This document shows, in pieces, positions 24,080 to 39,000 of a stretch of 64,000 nt of DNA. Origin of the DNA: Phoronis australis (taxonomy: Eukaryota > Animalia > Phoronida); NCBI GenBank assembly GCA_002633005.1, contig NMRA01000430.1, positions 275,521 to 339,520 on the forward strand, in the 5' to 3' direction. Numbering within the stretch: position 1 is the stretch's first letter; every line of letters starts with the position of its first letter. Below the pieces are notes generated by a model that worked only from the letters and a program-made list of their open reading frames with translations, was not told the origin of the DNA and searched no databases. Both the position numbers and the translations under genes were made by a program.

Positions 24080-27000
24080 CTAGAAATACAGAAAGCAACA
24101 TATAAGACATCATGTAGTAGTGAAACTAACACTTGTCATCGCTCACTTTCTGGATCATAAAATGATGTGATGTCGATCAGACTTACTGAAAGACGAAATC
24201 TTGATAAAAACTAGCCTAATTACATATGTGTTTGAGAAGAAGTACCCGAGTACTCCAGCGGTACCTTTGCATACTATTACCATACCGTCGCTGTGTGACT
24301 CGTACCATGGCGCAAGGCACTACCATTTAATTGGAAAGAAAAGGTGAAGGACAGAACCAATTGAATCCAGCTGGGGTTCACAAACTACCATGTTAAAGGA
24401 GCATGCCACCCAAAAAACAACCTAATTTGTATCAATTTAGATCGAGTAGTGCTACTCCATAACGACACGTACGGTTGCGTTACCTGACACCTGACGGCAG
24501 ACGGAGGTGTTGAAATTATCCAATGACGTCATCGGTTTCACATGCAGTGTGTTCAGCAGTTCACAACACGGGTTACTGGTGTCAGCTTATCGCTTGAAGT
24601 CATCGTTTAACACCAATAAATCATCAAAATTCGATGTAAAACCCTTAAAAATACACCGAGTTCTTATAAAAACGTGTTTTTTATTGCGCTCTTACGGATG
24701 TAATGGTATTTGGACACACCGTAGCCTACAAAGTTCGGCAGCGAGACCAATAAGGTCCGTAGCAGGAGTTTGGCATGGGGTCTGTTCGGAGATAATTTCG
24801 AAGTATTTTCCGTGAGATACAGACAAGAGAACCTAGATCTGTGTTGTTTAGACTTGTGATTTTTTGAGTTCTAAACACAAAACGCTTGTTAGCCTGGCCA
24901 GTGGCTCGGAGCCCGATCAGGCCCGTCGCGGCCGGCCGGATTGACTCCCCGGCCAGTGGCTCGGAAACTGATCAGACATCACGAACATAAACCAGACAAA
25001 GTTCAGTGGAAACTAAACTTCCAGTCAAGAAAATACTATACTAGTGAACCAAAGTAATGTGCACCTGATTATGTTGGTGAATTAGCCACGAAACTGCAAA
25101 TCTACTTACTCGCGTCGGGGGCCGCGAATTCAGGTTCCGCTTTGGCCACAGCACCGTCAGGGCAGAAGTTGTACATTGACAATCATTACATGAGTAATGT
25201 AAAAGTAAATAAAGCTTCCCCTAACACCTGACCTTGGGATGGAAATCTAGTTGTTTCACAACAGTTTTTGCCATCAATTAAACACTAAATTAGCATGAGC
25301 TCACACGGCCTAGGTGTCCCGTCAATTAGTTTTATTGCACCCAAAGCCGGTAACGCAGTGTTTTATTCATTGTTGGCTTCTCAAATCATTTGCACTCACG
25401 AACACTCCAAAGGCATTACAAATTGCATCTAATGAGACAGACTTTGTTTCGGTTTTATATAAGTATTGGTTAGGGTGAGAATAATTCATTTTGAAACAGA
25501 ACGCTCAGTAATAAACGCCAACATGGCAACTCGCAATCCCGACTTAGGACGAGCTAGAGCTCACCAGTCCCGACTTTGCAAGTGGATCGTTAAGTTTTAC
25601 AGGCTATCAATTGGAACAGGAAAACAGTGATGAAAAAATACTAGAGAGGCGCCGTGGACAAGCTCAGACAACCGAACGTATGGAGTTATTTGGTAAGCCG
25701 GCATTCGTCAGGCGCTGTCGACATCTGCAGGCCACGACAAGGAGATGTTTCACAACTTCATACTTGCTATTCACAGCGCACATTTCATTCTTCACTACCA
25801 TGAGCCACTTCCTAAGCATTTCGGACTCTCGAGGAAGTAAAAAAAAACGATATACCCTCTTTCCTCGCAGCTTCTTAGTTCGGACAAGTGAGAACGATGC
25901 ACCGCAACCGTGACATAGCGGCATTCACTCTGCATATGAACCACTGACGTCGCTAGCGTCGTTTCTCACCTTCCTCACAGGTTAACGCGACACCTCTTGG
26001 CAAGGTAAGGTCGACCGTACGCGAGGCGATGTGGATATAGACCGATTAAGATGGCAAAAAAGACTAATTAAATCGGGTGGCATTCTCCTTTAAGTTTTCA
26101 CTCCTTAAAGATTATCAACCGTACGACTTGGCACTTCGTTATGATAACGAATATATAGTTTGAACAGTTACTAATAACCAGGTTCACTATGTCCAAATTT
26201 TTACATTCGTTGGAATTTTTTGGGCAAAGTGGAAACTGTATATTTTTGGAAACGTGGAATGACGAATCAGAAAATAATTGATTCCATTTTTTCGGTGGCC
26301 ATCTTGGATTTTCAAATATGGCGCCGGTAAAATGGATTTTGCCCAATATATCCGCCCTTGGGTCACAGAGAATGTTAGTTTTTATCGCTACACCTGCAGT
26401 TCTGAGGTCAATGAATTGGAAATTTTAACTTTAATGGCGGCCATCTTGGTGGCCATCTTGAAATTTCACAAATGGCGCCCGTAAAATACATTTTGCTCAG
26501 TATTTCTGTTCTTGGGTCATTTAGAATGTTGGTTTTAATGGCTGCACCCATATTTTGTGGGGTAAGGAATTGAAAAACACTATTTCTAAAATGATACATA
26601 TAATCAAAATGATTTTAATAGCAGATAAGAGCCCCCAGAATACTTAAAGGAGTCACAGAAACGCAGATTAACCTACATGCATATTTAGGGTGTATATCTA
26701 TATGTTTTTCAAAAGACATTTGAGACATATCTTTTGAAGATTTCGTTATTATTTCCACTGTTCACTTTGGAATCCAATTCTCCTCTACCCAATGGAAATG
26801 CATTTTGCCTTTGACAGTCGGATGGCAGATAAGCTTGGCAGTAACCAGGCTGAGGATCAATGACGAAAACAACTGTTGTAGCCTGCTGGGCAAATCGACC
26901 AGAAACATGCTGTCAGTCACTATGAATTTAACCTAACACCAAGAGCAGTCTTTGCTGCCAGTGGGGCAATGCTGTCATGCACAGACAAATCGAATCGAAT

Positions 27001-30000
27001 CCACCGTCTGAAGAAACTTTCCGAAGCAGACGTCTTAGAACAGAATAGTCCTCAAGCTGCAGGAGAGGTTTTAGTCCCAGAAAACATGTAAACGACATCC
27101 AATGAGTGTGTTCACCCAAGCCACAAAACTGTACGTGTGGATAGTATGGAAGTAATTTTCCTAACTAGAGAATATGACAATATCATTCTGGTTTTTGACA
27201 CCCACAAAAGACATCTCTTTGAAGCAAGCCACAAGAGAAAAAAGGAGGCAGAGAAAGGGACAAGTACAGCACCAGATAAGAGATGAGACTTACATAAAGA
27301 ACCTCTCAATGAGCCGTTTTCTCTCCCATGACCAAGAAAGGCTCAACTTAGTGAATATCTGTCTGCAAAGACACTTGAATATAATAACGACTCTGCCAAG
27401 ATAGCCATTACTTCAGCTTCAGGATGCACAAAGAGCAACCGACGTGATCTATGCTTAGAAGAAAACGATCACGAAAAAGCAGGTGTATTTCTAATACACT
27501 GTACATTATGCAGTTTTGGCATCACATCAAATGGTCCTTGATTCTCAGCTGATGTTTTTTTCACCTGACATGGATTTACTGGTACTTGTCATTGCCTATT
27601 ATGACAGGCTTCTCAGAAATACTTCAGTCACCATGGCATCTGGGATTGTGGACGTGAATCCAATATGGACATGTAGGTGCTGTCCGGGCAAAGGCTCTTC
27701 CTACTTTCCATGCTTTTACATGGACAGACAACACTGGTCCATTCTATTGGTTGAATATATATTTGAAGGCAAACACCGATGATATCAATGCAAAGCAGAC
27801 TTTTTGTACTGCTTATGAAGTAACAGGTGAACCTCTTTTCACATTAGCCCTTTTTACATGTGCATACTCACCACAGGATATAGACACAAATAGAGCTGAG
27901 ATGGCACCTCATCTGTAAACATATGGATGACAGCGAAAAATGTCCAACAACCATTGGTGCTTTGAAACAGCATATGCTGAGGGTATTTTTTCAAGCCAGA
28001 GTGTGGGGCCAGGCAGTCATTGTTCCTTGACCCATTGCAGAATGAATTTACAAGGACAAAGATGACCAGGTGAAACACTCACAACTGAGGAACTTCCGGC
28101 GCCAGAGGCTATCATTGAGATGGTTAGATGCCAGTGCAAAAACAATTCCTCTTCCCAACGATGCTCTTGCCGATCAAATGTCTTTATAGTGCAGAATGTC
28201 AGAATGGTGATGATGACGTGATTCCTGGTGGCAGTAATGGCTATAGTAATGATCTATAGACTGCTTTCAAAGTTTTGAAGGACTATTGACACTACAAAAA
28301 AACATACTTTCGTGTTTTTCAAACGTAAATAAGTTTTCTAGGTACTGTTTTAGTTTTAAGTGTCTTGAAGGAAACAAGCTCCAAACAAAATATACAAGAA
28401 AGTAAGATAGTGGTCATGTGTAGGTATTACATGAGGAATGCATTTAGAAAATGTGGCTGCTAATAAATGAGGTTTTGATTATGCTTCTCATTTAATAAGT
28501 TGCATTTTCAGATTTCTTCACCACAAAAATATGCGTGCAGTCATTAAAACTAACATTCTAAGTGACTCAAGAGCAAAGATGCTGAGGAAAGGGCGCCATT
28601 TTTAAAAATCCAAGATGGCCGCTAAGATGGCGCTCAAAAATTAAAATTTCCCATTCCTTGACCTGAGAAATGCAGAAGTAGCCATAAAAGCCAACATTCT
28701 AAGTGACCCAAAAGCGGAGATATTGGACAAAATCCATTTTACGGGCGCCATTTTTGAAAACCCAAGATGGCCGCCAAAAATGGAATCAATTATTTTCTGA
28801 TTTGTCATTCCATGAGGTTTCCAAAAATGCATACTTTCCACTTTCCCCCAAAAAATCCAACTAAATTACACAACAAACCTGACTATAATATCGTCCCATC
28901 CTTCCACAGAACCCAAGGATCACATTTTAAAATGCATAAACAAAAATCGGCAAATTTATAGCGAAATAGCCCGTGAACACCAAGGGAATTTTGGATGTTT
29001 TTGTTTATGTTTGTGTCGACAAACCCGGAACGAGTTCGTTGATCCCAGCCTCGTTCCCAAGCCTCAAGATGGCGCTGAACGGCTTGGATATTGTGACACA
29101 TTTTTACGGAAATCGGCAAAATATCGCGGGTAATATAAAGTTATGTGGACTTTGAACTTTTCAATAATTTGAAAATGAAAACTAACGGTATATTGCAGCA
29201 ATTTAGGCATAAATTATTGCAAAAATGATGTATTTTGTTCGAAAACTGAATTTCTATGATGCTATTAATAAAAAGAATTGAAAATAAGTACACCCACAAG
29301 CTTTATTTCAACAATAACCATGGCAGCAACAGAGCCTGTGAAATTATTTAAAGTCTGCCTTTTGCTTTAATGACGTCAAGGCAGCAGCCAATCATTGCAC
29401 AGAAGGTATTTTCGATAACCAAGCCTCAAGTGGCTAAGCCAATCATAGCCATCTTGACGCTTGTGGACGAGGCTACGTTGATCCTGACCCAGGTGTGATG
29501 CCAGATCACCTGGCGTGTAGTCTGACTTCTGACCAAATCAACTACCTCACCCTGGATTTGTGGGTAACAGAACAGTGAGCCACGTGGTATTTGGATAGGA
29601 AATGCTTTCCTAAATATCGTGACACCATCAAAACACTAATTATTTACGTTTCACTAATTCATCGATTTTTGAGGTTTGATAAGTGAACACGTTTTGTTCC
29701 GTGACAATTAAAACGAAGGAGAAAACGTAAAACAGGCACAAAATATGCCGCTTGAAGTTTTTGGAAATCAATAAAGTTATTGTTTATGATAACGTGCTAT
29801 GCAACCTACCATCGTATAAGTAAAAAGTTGTCTCACTGAGTGGTTCCGTATAGACATCATGCTTAGCTTGAGCTGAACACTGTACCGTGGCCATCTTGTG
29901 CATCACGCGACCTTCAAACCAGCGTCCAGTTTTATCGTATGACGTCATTACCTAGTCCAGGACATTTAGTGTAACTAAATACGTACTGGATGTGTAGTTT

Positions 30001-33000
30001 TATTCATAGGTCACGACAATGCATAACTTAATATTTTTGTTTGCTCATTAGTAATCACGATTGCTCACGTAATGGTTAATCAAAGAATTAAACAAATGAT
30101 CGAGCCATAGAGAAAGACTGGTTGCCACACTCACAAGAATCCCCTTGCATGTTCGTTTCTCATGTTGATGGTGTGGCAAAATTGACTTTGTTACTGCGCT
30201 CTGAGATTTTTACAACTGAAAAGTTAACGTTTCCAACAATAAAATTGTGCCCGATTTAATGAAACACGTTCTTGATTGGATACTCAAAAATTACATTCGT
30301 GTATCCGAGCAAAATGAAAAGAGCTCTTTCGCGATTTGCTTTCTTAGCTTGAATACGTTGGTTTCGACTGAAGTACGCTTGCAGTATTTTTCTCCACGGG
30401 TTGAGGAGACAGAAGTGCCGGTAGTAAACACTATGCACCGGCGTCACAGTGAGTGACTGTTTAAGTGGTGCAGCAGAGGCAAAATTTGGATCATATGACA
30501 GGATGGCTTCGCTTATATCGGGAATCTCTTCCTACTAATATGGAACACCAACGTGTTCTTTTGATAAAGCAGTGCACGCGTACTAAAACTAACTCGAGTA
30601 CGTTCCATACGCTAAAGCCTGTCTTTTTATCCCATGTAAAAAATAGGAGAGTATCTACCAAATACAAAGAATGCAATCATCGGACGTTTCACAGATGCTA
30701 GGAGAAGGCCTCGGCTTTGTGTAGGCTAGAATCCTAGGGCGTGGTGACGAAAGCCGCCGTACTCAGCCTACATAAACTTACCCAACAGTTGTACTCTTCA
30801 CGCAATCTTCGTTGAGTGAGTAGAAGTGTAACGTACTCTTCTTCTATTACCGCCAAGCACATGTGTTCTGTAAACACCATGTGAACCATAAAGACAGAAG
30901 AACGTCATATGTAGTCATCTACCATAAACTCTACTGCAGAAATGACAACACTAAGTGAAGAAATGCCTAAGCCGAAACACGAAAGATTCGAAACAATTCA
31001 ACATAACGATCGTGAGCGGGAAATAGTTGCGGACGATTATAAGCAAAAGTTTGCTGATGAGTAGAGTTTTGGCATCTAAATTGACCTATGAAAGGATGCA
31101 AGTGGCATAATGCCCGAACCAGTTAGGCTTCACGGTTGGGCCCGTTACACCAATCACCTGATTGTGACTCATATGGACTTCTCAGCGACGGGTTCTTCAT
31201 TGGTAAAGTCTACCAATCTGCTAAAAAATCTCGTAGAACTGGAAAGACTAAACCTGTACTACGCCTCGATTTCCAGAAATCTCGACAGACGTAGCACATA
31301 ATTTGTAACCATATCGTCGACAAAGCTCATGTAGACTTCCTCATCTTGCCTACTGAGCCTCACTTCAGTTTCATGAATAAAAGTCTCGCTGTTATGATTG
31401 TGTTCATCCAGCCCGACCCCGAGAACTTCAGTAGGCAAATTAATATATGCGCCGTTGTCTTGTTGGGTTGTTTCCAATTCACCAGTTTTACCCTTCTTCA
31501 GCAGGTGAACAAATTTTTCTGTAAAAAATCTTCCACGGGCTTCTTTTTGCTGCGACTAAACTTGGTGGCAATCAGAGCTCAAGAGATTTGAGTGTTGAGT
31601 TACATTCAGTGGTTTTTCATTAACCTCATTTTCATAGTAACTTTTAAGACAGTCTATTACCTGTTGTGTCGATATCGCAGGTGCCTGAACGGACGCTGAG
31701 GGTGGTTCCTGACGAACACGTGCGCGAGTCCCAATCTGTCACGTTTCCTTTACAAGTGTTGGTTTCGTTGAGTTCCACTTTCTGCGGTGTCATCTTAAAC
31801 TGTATGTTAGCTGCCAGTCGACATGGTACAGGTTGTGAAGGTTCTGATTGAGCTGTAACCGAAAAGACAGGTAATGTTCAACTGATATCCATGCAGCTTA
31901 TCTAGTGAAAGTAGCCTAACCTACACTTTGCCTTCTGTTGTAGTTTTCAACATATTGCAGTCAAATACATCTGATTGGAATTCCAAACAACTTCAAATTC
32001 TTCACGTGTCGTATATTTTTAGTATGGTTTGTATTTCATCATGAGTTGGTATTGTACTTTTTCTCAATCCTAATTAACCTATTTTCCCTACATTCTGGAA
32101 ATAGAAGTTGAGGATGCGCACATTGCGGGCAAACAAAAAGGGTTTTGCTGCTTATGTTACCATGACGAACAACAAAAAGCAATATCTGAATTTCGCACAG
32201 AAGCTAGAGAGCAAAACATCTGGGCTCAGTTGCATAAAAGTTATACGCCGTTTAGCAACAATGACGTAGCATTATCACGCGTCACGTTGTTATTGTTGAA
32301 CAATGCACCTGACGTCATGCAACAATCAAACTTATCCAGCGGATAACTTTTGAAGCTTTATGCAACTCAGCCCAGGTTTTGTTAATTTAGCACGTGCATT
32401 TTGTCAATTTAGCACGTGCATTTGTAAAACACGAAGCACAGAAATGCTCCTTACTATGTGCATTGAGTATGTTTTACATATGAAAAGTTTTGAGCGTCTT
32501 GGTTTTGCTTCGACTTTCAGAAGTTAGAAGCAAAAAATGTGCTTTCATCCCCTAAAAAGAACTAGGTAAAAATAAAAAGTACAGCACGAATGCAAAGATT
32601 TGTGTCTCTATAGAACATTTTGTAGTCATGGTCACGTCAATACCGCACCTAGTTTCCACTCCATACTAGCACAGCAGCATGCCATTCGTTGGTAGACATA
32701 AGAACAGTTGTCATCTATTCCCAAACTGGGAACCTACTCGCACCTGTCGGATGAAATCAGTCAGCGTCCCTAACTAAAAGACAGCACATAACTTACACAC
32801 TAGGTGCTTGTAATGTTGACTGCGTATACTGTCCTTCAGGGGATACTCGTCGTCCATAAAGCGACACAGCTTATAAATGTCTACGTCTCTGTCGTAACTG
32901 GCTGCTGTAACAAATAAGTACGAGACACATTGGTACGAGACCTCTCCTCTGCCCCCAGTTATAATTACAATTAACAGTACCTCCTCCATCCATTACGGAA

Positions 33001-36000
33001 CTATTGAAAATAAAATTTAGCATTCACTGCAAGTGAGGAGGTCTTCGTTCTGATGTGAACAATGGAGAATGTACCATGACCTCGGGCATCAAAGTTCACA
33101 TAGTCTAACTACTGGATCGTTCAATAATGTGATCTGGTACAACACATAGAGATTGTAGGAAATACTTGAGTTTCAAGATGTAAGGAGAACGCAGACAAAA
33201 TGAACTTGAAGGCAGAAAGAAAATAACCGAGGATTATTTAATAAGCTTGCTGATTATGGAAACTTTGGGCTGTTTTATAAATGTAAAAAATAATTTATCT
33301 TTCGAAGATTTCAGTAAAATTTACAAAACTGATCTGTCAATGAATGTCAGAATATTAGAGGTGAAAGTGACTCTCAGTGGTTTGAGCTCCGGACTACCGC
33401 TTGGGAGACCTGGGTTAGAATCCTGGCTTTACTAGCTGACAATCGAGTGTTGCACAAAGGTGTCTGCTACTGCTCTGAGCTCGGTCTTTTAGTGAATGGG
33501 AGTAAATGAGAACCTGGATATAATGCGAAAGGGATTTCGGGGGCTGTGCAAAAAGGTATCAGCCCATAGTAAGTATTGAAAAGGGGCGTGGGAAGAGAAT
33601 GCGGGTATTAATTTATTTTCAAGAAATCCTTGGAGAGCATTTGATATTTCCTGAACTTAAGATCTAGATAGTTAGAATGCTGAGTTTGTAAACAAATTAA
33701 CAAGATATGTGTTTTTGCTTTCAAGAAAAAATGTCAGCTCAACCTCTGTATTTTCATGTGTATTGATATGCCCAAGAGGTCTGTAGCCGAATGATTCTTA
33801 AATAAACATTAACAAATTAAACGGACTAAATCAAAAATGTTGTTTTATCTTTACATTGAGAGCTCAAAAGCTCACTGGACGGCGAAGCTGAGTTGTTGTC
33901 GTAACACTCATTTGCACCCAAGCTACCGCGTCTGCATCTCAACATCTCAATAGATAACTGTTAGTATGAGAATAGAGCCCTTACATCTGCGATATCGAAG
34001 AACATTGGCGTTAATGATTTGGAAATCCATGCACGTATATCGTGGTCGACTGAAAGTAAATAGATGTGGGTTAGCGTTAATTAAACTATCGTTTTGGAAA
34101 TTAAGAACAGTTACACAAGTACAGTATACGAGGTTCAACAAAGAAATGTCAATAAAAATAGATTTTTTTTACAAGAGGACTTTTGAAAAAAATCTGAACC
34201 AGTGCTCACGAGCCGCACCAGAGGCACTGCAGCAGACAATCATGTAAGTAGGAATACTCGACTGTTTTGACGACAGAAGAGAATTAGGATACAACGTTGT
34301 CAGAAAACGAGCACATCTTTCGGAATAAATGTTTAAAAAATGTATTATTAAAAATCTTTTGTAGTCTGCTATTAATGGAGTTTGAAAACAGGGATTTTTC
34401 GTTTCAAACACCTCAATTGAACCTATTTATAACTGGGGAATCTTGGCGCACTTTCATAGAGAAACGGTCGTGAAAAGTCAGCTTCTGAGCGGCACGTCCC
34501 GTATACCTCTTCTATTGGAGTACTACCCAAGCAACAAGTACATGTATGTTAGAGGCGGCAGTTCCTATTCTGTGTAACTTACCACCCGTTATCGTATTTG
34601 CTCACAAACTTGAACATGTTTTTCCCGTTGCGCTTCTCCTTGCAAACGAACTTTTGTCGGTCGCCAAAAGTGACCGTAGTGTTGGTAATAACGACGTCTT
34701 CTTTGTAAGTGGGCTCATGTAATGACCATGTCTTCCGATAGGTGTCTGGAAGCTGACACTTAGGAGTAGCTATATCTACCGTGGGGTCTAAAAATGGAAA
34801 CAATAATGCGTTTCCTAACATTTCTCAAGTTTTTCTCCTTCAAATTGTCCCTTTTTATTCATTAAGATGGAACCCTTGTTTTCACCAGTCTAGATTGGTT
34901 TTGAATTGTTTGGAATAGAAACTCAGTAGGGCAGATTTTTCGAGTTAAGTTCACCAAATTTGGAACATTTTCAACAAACACGTCTATTTTTAATGGACAA
35001 AATTAACTTTGACAAAAGTACGTACATGAAGGTGAAATGAGTTGAATAAGCTACAGGAGTTGGTCTTAGTCCAATAACAGTGGGTCACGTGATGCAAGCA
35101 AGACTATAAGGACTTCGAAGGTATAAACAAAACTGGAGCTGCCAGTGAAGAAATCTCTGTGACTCAGAAAATTATAACGTAGATCAATACGTCGGAAAAA
35201 CTAAATCAAAAAGGCAAGAGGGTATGTGTGGAGCATCGCTTGATTCCATTTCGGGTAAGTTTCATCAACTACTGAAACAAGTGAACAACTGTGGTAGCAA
35301 AAGTCGAAATGTGTGTAGACTCGTTTGCCGGGTTGCATGAAACAGTCCCAAATAAGGGCTCAACTAAGTTCCGGCCTAAATCTTTTGCCTGTTTGTGTCT
35401 TTCTTTATCCAAAGATGTAATCTTTTTCTATAATTTCATCTTTTATTAACAGTTCCTCTTTGACTAATGAACTTTTCTAATAACATAACCGAAATCTGAG
35501 CCCTGAATTCAATGAAAATAAATAGGGACTTGGTCATTAAGTTAGGGGCGTTTATTTTCGGTACTATTGAGAATTCACAGTCAAGTTCACTCTCGATTTG
35601 TAACAAAATCAAAAATTGACTAAGTAATGAAACTAAAACACCATAAGAAAGGACAGTTGGTGTTTTTACAAGTTCACAATTACGCAGTCAATAGATTTAG
35701 GGGACTTAGTTGAGTCCCTATTTGGGACTTTTTCGTGCAACCGGCCCTGCTTATTAATTTAATCACTACTTACCGCACAAGCCACATGCCAGCCGACAGT
35801 CGTCTTTCTTGTTTGGTCCACAACGAATGTCAGGGGGCAGAGTATCACAACTGTTGGCGAATCCAGGTTCATCAAAACATGAGTTAGAGCCTAGAATTAA
35901 AAAAGATAGAAAATAAGTCAATGCGTCTAGAAACATAATCGTTTGTACTGAAACTTTGAAAACAGACGGGAGCCGTGAGGGCAAGATTTGTTCGCAGCAA

Positions 36001-39000
36001 CCTGTGTCTCATTTCCATCACTTCATCTCTGTGGTGTAAAAGAAACGAACGTCGTGTCTTATATTTTTCAGCAGGGAGCACCACCCCTTGGTAAGTTTTC
36101 CTTTAGCCATGAAATTTTCGGGTTGTTTGTTTTCCATTTGCCAAGTGACTGGAACCCGCTCTTCTCTTTGGCTTGATCTGCCCTATTACCTGTAGGACTC
36201 TATTTTATGTCAAAGCTTCCACCCAAAATTTTCCCCAGAACTACACTTCTAGTTCAGCCAATGAATGTCAAGTTATAAAAGGAAACTACTGCAAATCAAC
36301 ACTTCACCTGCCCTCGACATCCTCAGCTCCAGATAACGAATCTGGCTGCCAGCAGGGGGCACTCCACGCCACTCGTACGGTGTGACGGCATTGAAGTACA
36401 GCTGAACAGTAAAATCTGTCTCCATTCTCTCTGGGAACCGCTGTAAACGATGAAAAAACAAATTTACCAATTTAGTCTTATTTAGCAATCTTTTAGCCGC
36501 TCATGCGTACTTCAAACAAAGTTGTCTACAACAGACTACCTAGAAGTAATAAAACCCAAGCACTCTGTCAAACGTCGTTTTTATTCCAGTGAATAAAATT
36601 ATTCGACGCTCTGTAAACTGTGGGGCTGCGTTCTGTACAGTAAAACACCTCCAGCGAGATATTCATTTATGAAAACATTGACTTTATTCCACAATTTAAC
36701 ACCCCAACCTCGCCGATCAATCATTTCAGTGGCTGTCATTTTGTTAGGATAGCACAGAAAACTCCCGAGTATACTCGCTAAACATTTGTTTTAACTCAGG
36801 TGATTTCTCGCGAGATATTGTACAGTTCTACAAATTGATCCGACTGTCTATGTTTTTCACCTTATCACTTTAAGTTAATAAAATTGAAACTGAATTTCAC
36901 TCGGTTTAGCTAGCTGAATAAGCTTTTTATTCTTACCCAATTGATAAGATTCTATTTCCGTTACCACCAAAGAAATTGAAACTATCAGCGACTCAAGAAA
37001 ACGTTGGAGTTTATTGAGGTTGGTGAACCCTAAAATGACGCATATTATATGCATTGCCTGTAACTTGAGTTGGTGACGAAAACAAACTCCTATCACGGTA
37101 ACTAAAATGATGAGGCCTATTTTATTAGAGTAAGAGGTCGTGATTAGATTTTTTTAGCCAGCTGAAAAGGCCGAATGCAGCTTTAAATAGACATCTTGTA
37201 TCAAATCAACGCATGAATCGTAATACAGGTGCAGATGCATTTCACATACAGGCGCATCTACGTAGGAGCATTTATTTGTCTAATTTGGCCTTCGCGCGGT
37301 AGTATCATAGTGCACGACATTTTACGTCATCCGCTGATGAACTGTGTTGAGCAGTACTGACCATTGTGTACTGTGGAAGACTGTGGCCGGGAGCTAGCAG
37401 AAGTATGAAGATGAAATCACCTTCTCGCCAACTGGCAAAACATGTCAACGTCTCCCCTGTTAGTGAATGAAAAATATTCAAGTCAAAAGAAAGTTCATGG
37501 CCGCGAGCACAATAATATTCACCTCTACAAAATTCAGCACAACACTATTTAGCGTAAAAACAGCGAAGTGGGGAGGCAGACCTCCTGCTCCCAATACTGC
37601 CCACACAAGGAGCAAAACCTAAGCGGTGGCTGGAGGAGTGACGGAAAGTGGTGGAGACTGGAGATAGCTGGTTTTACGAAGTTCAGTGAACATATAGTCT
37701 GCGCTGCCCAGTAATGAAACAACGAATTATTACTCTAACGAGGGTCTTTCTTACATCTGTCTTGTCCGAACGGGCTACACTCGCCAGGGTACTGCAGTCG
37801 TATACCTTCCCCCTTCGTGCATTCACTCTCTAGCCAGAATAGCTTTCGTCCAGAGCACACTTTCTGAAAAATTAACTGAGCAAACTAAGACAATCAATCA
37901 TCAAAATATAATAACCAAACCAACCATTTATTTCAGACGAAATGCGGGTCCTCATGACAAAGGGTGCAAAAATCGCGAGTCATCTGTTGCAAAACCAACA
38001 TTTCATTTTCATCATTTACCGTTATGAAACATATCTCATTTTTCCTTACTCGGATCAGAAGCTATTTACAAGTTTTGAGAAGACCTGAGACTCAGAGTGC
38101 GTGGTATTGCTTTAGATCAGGCTCATAAAATAGCTTGTCACGGCAGACTAACTTCATTCTCTGTAGTAGCGTGACCGTGAAGGTAATTCCATGATTCTTC
38201 TTGAAATCAAAGTCAATTCAAACAAACGAAAAGAACGCGTTAACGTGGCACGGGAAGAATGACCACGCATGTGTATAAAACTGTTTTTGACACCGAAACA
38301 ACGTAAGAAGTCAACTTCATTTTGATTTAAATTCAATTGAATTATGCGGTCGTGCAATGATGTTTGTTTTAACTTTTTAACTCATATGGTAAGTACTTTT
38401 TCTCCATTACTGAAAATCATTGCACAATCCTCACCTCCCCATTCCGCGTTGGGTCGTACACTTGAAATCTATATCCTCCACTCAAGGGACAAAACATCCA
38501 CTCCTTTTTCTGACTTGCTGTAGAGAAACAAAACAAATTTCAGGTCAGATTGAAAATTGCACTGTCAGTTGTAATTTTATTCATTTTAAATATTTCTTGC
38601 TTCTAATCACAAAACTTTCTAAACCCTGAAATCAAATCAATTACTTGCAATGTACAATTTCAGTAAAAACTAGATTAGTTTGCCATTAGTAGCATTTGTT
38701 TTAATCAGTTTTAAAAGATAAGTTATTGCGAATGATCAAGCATCAAAATTGATTGTGCCAATGAAAGACATGATGCATTTTAAATTTAAACCCCGAGCTG
38801 TGCCAACTAAACCATTGTTGTTTCATTTTAGGGATGTGAACGCTTAGTTTTAAATCTTTAATACGGTGAACTAAAGTTCCTATAGACACATATTGTAAAA
38901 AACTTGACCCGAATTTTGTTCGTAGATTATTTCAACTTGAAGGTTCTCAGTTTGTGATTCGGCGTGACTTCACCATTAGCGCTGCCTGGCCTTTTACAAT

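Noticed and set aside
30589-30654. Alternative terminal exon (ILSYFLH...YSS*) for the Cys-rich gene
   Set aside because: Exons 29810-29951 and 23949-24079 fit the phases, complete the second module and supply a hydrophobic tail.
32905-33000. 5' extension of exon 11 (ORF MEEVLLIVII...)
   Set aside because: The upstream acceptor near 33001 gives a stop in the required phase; the acceptor at 32905 keeps the frame.
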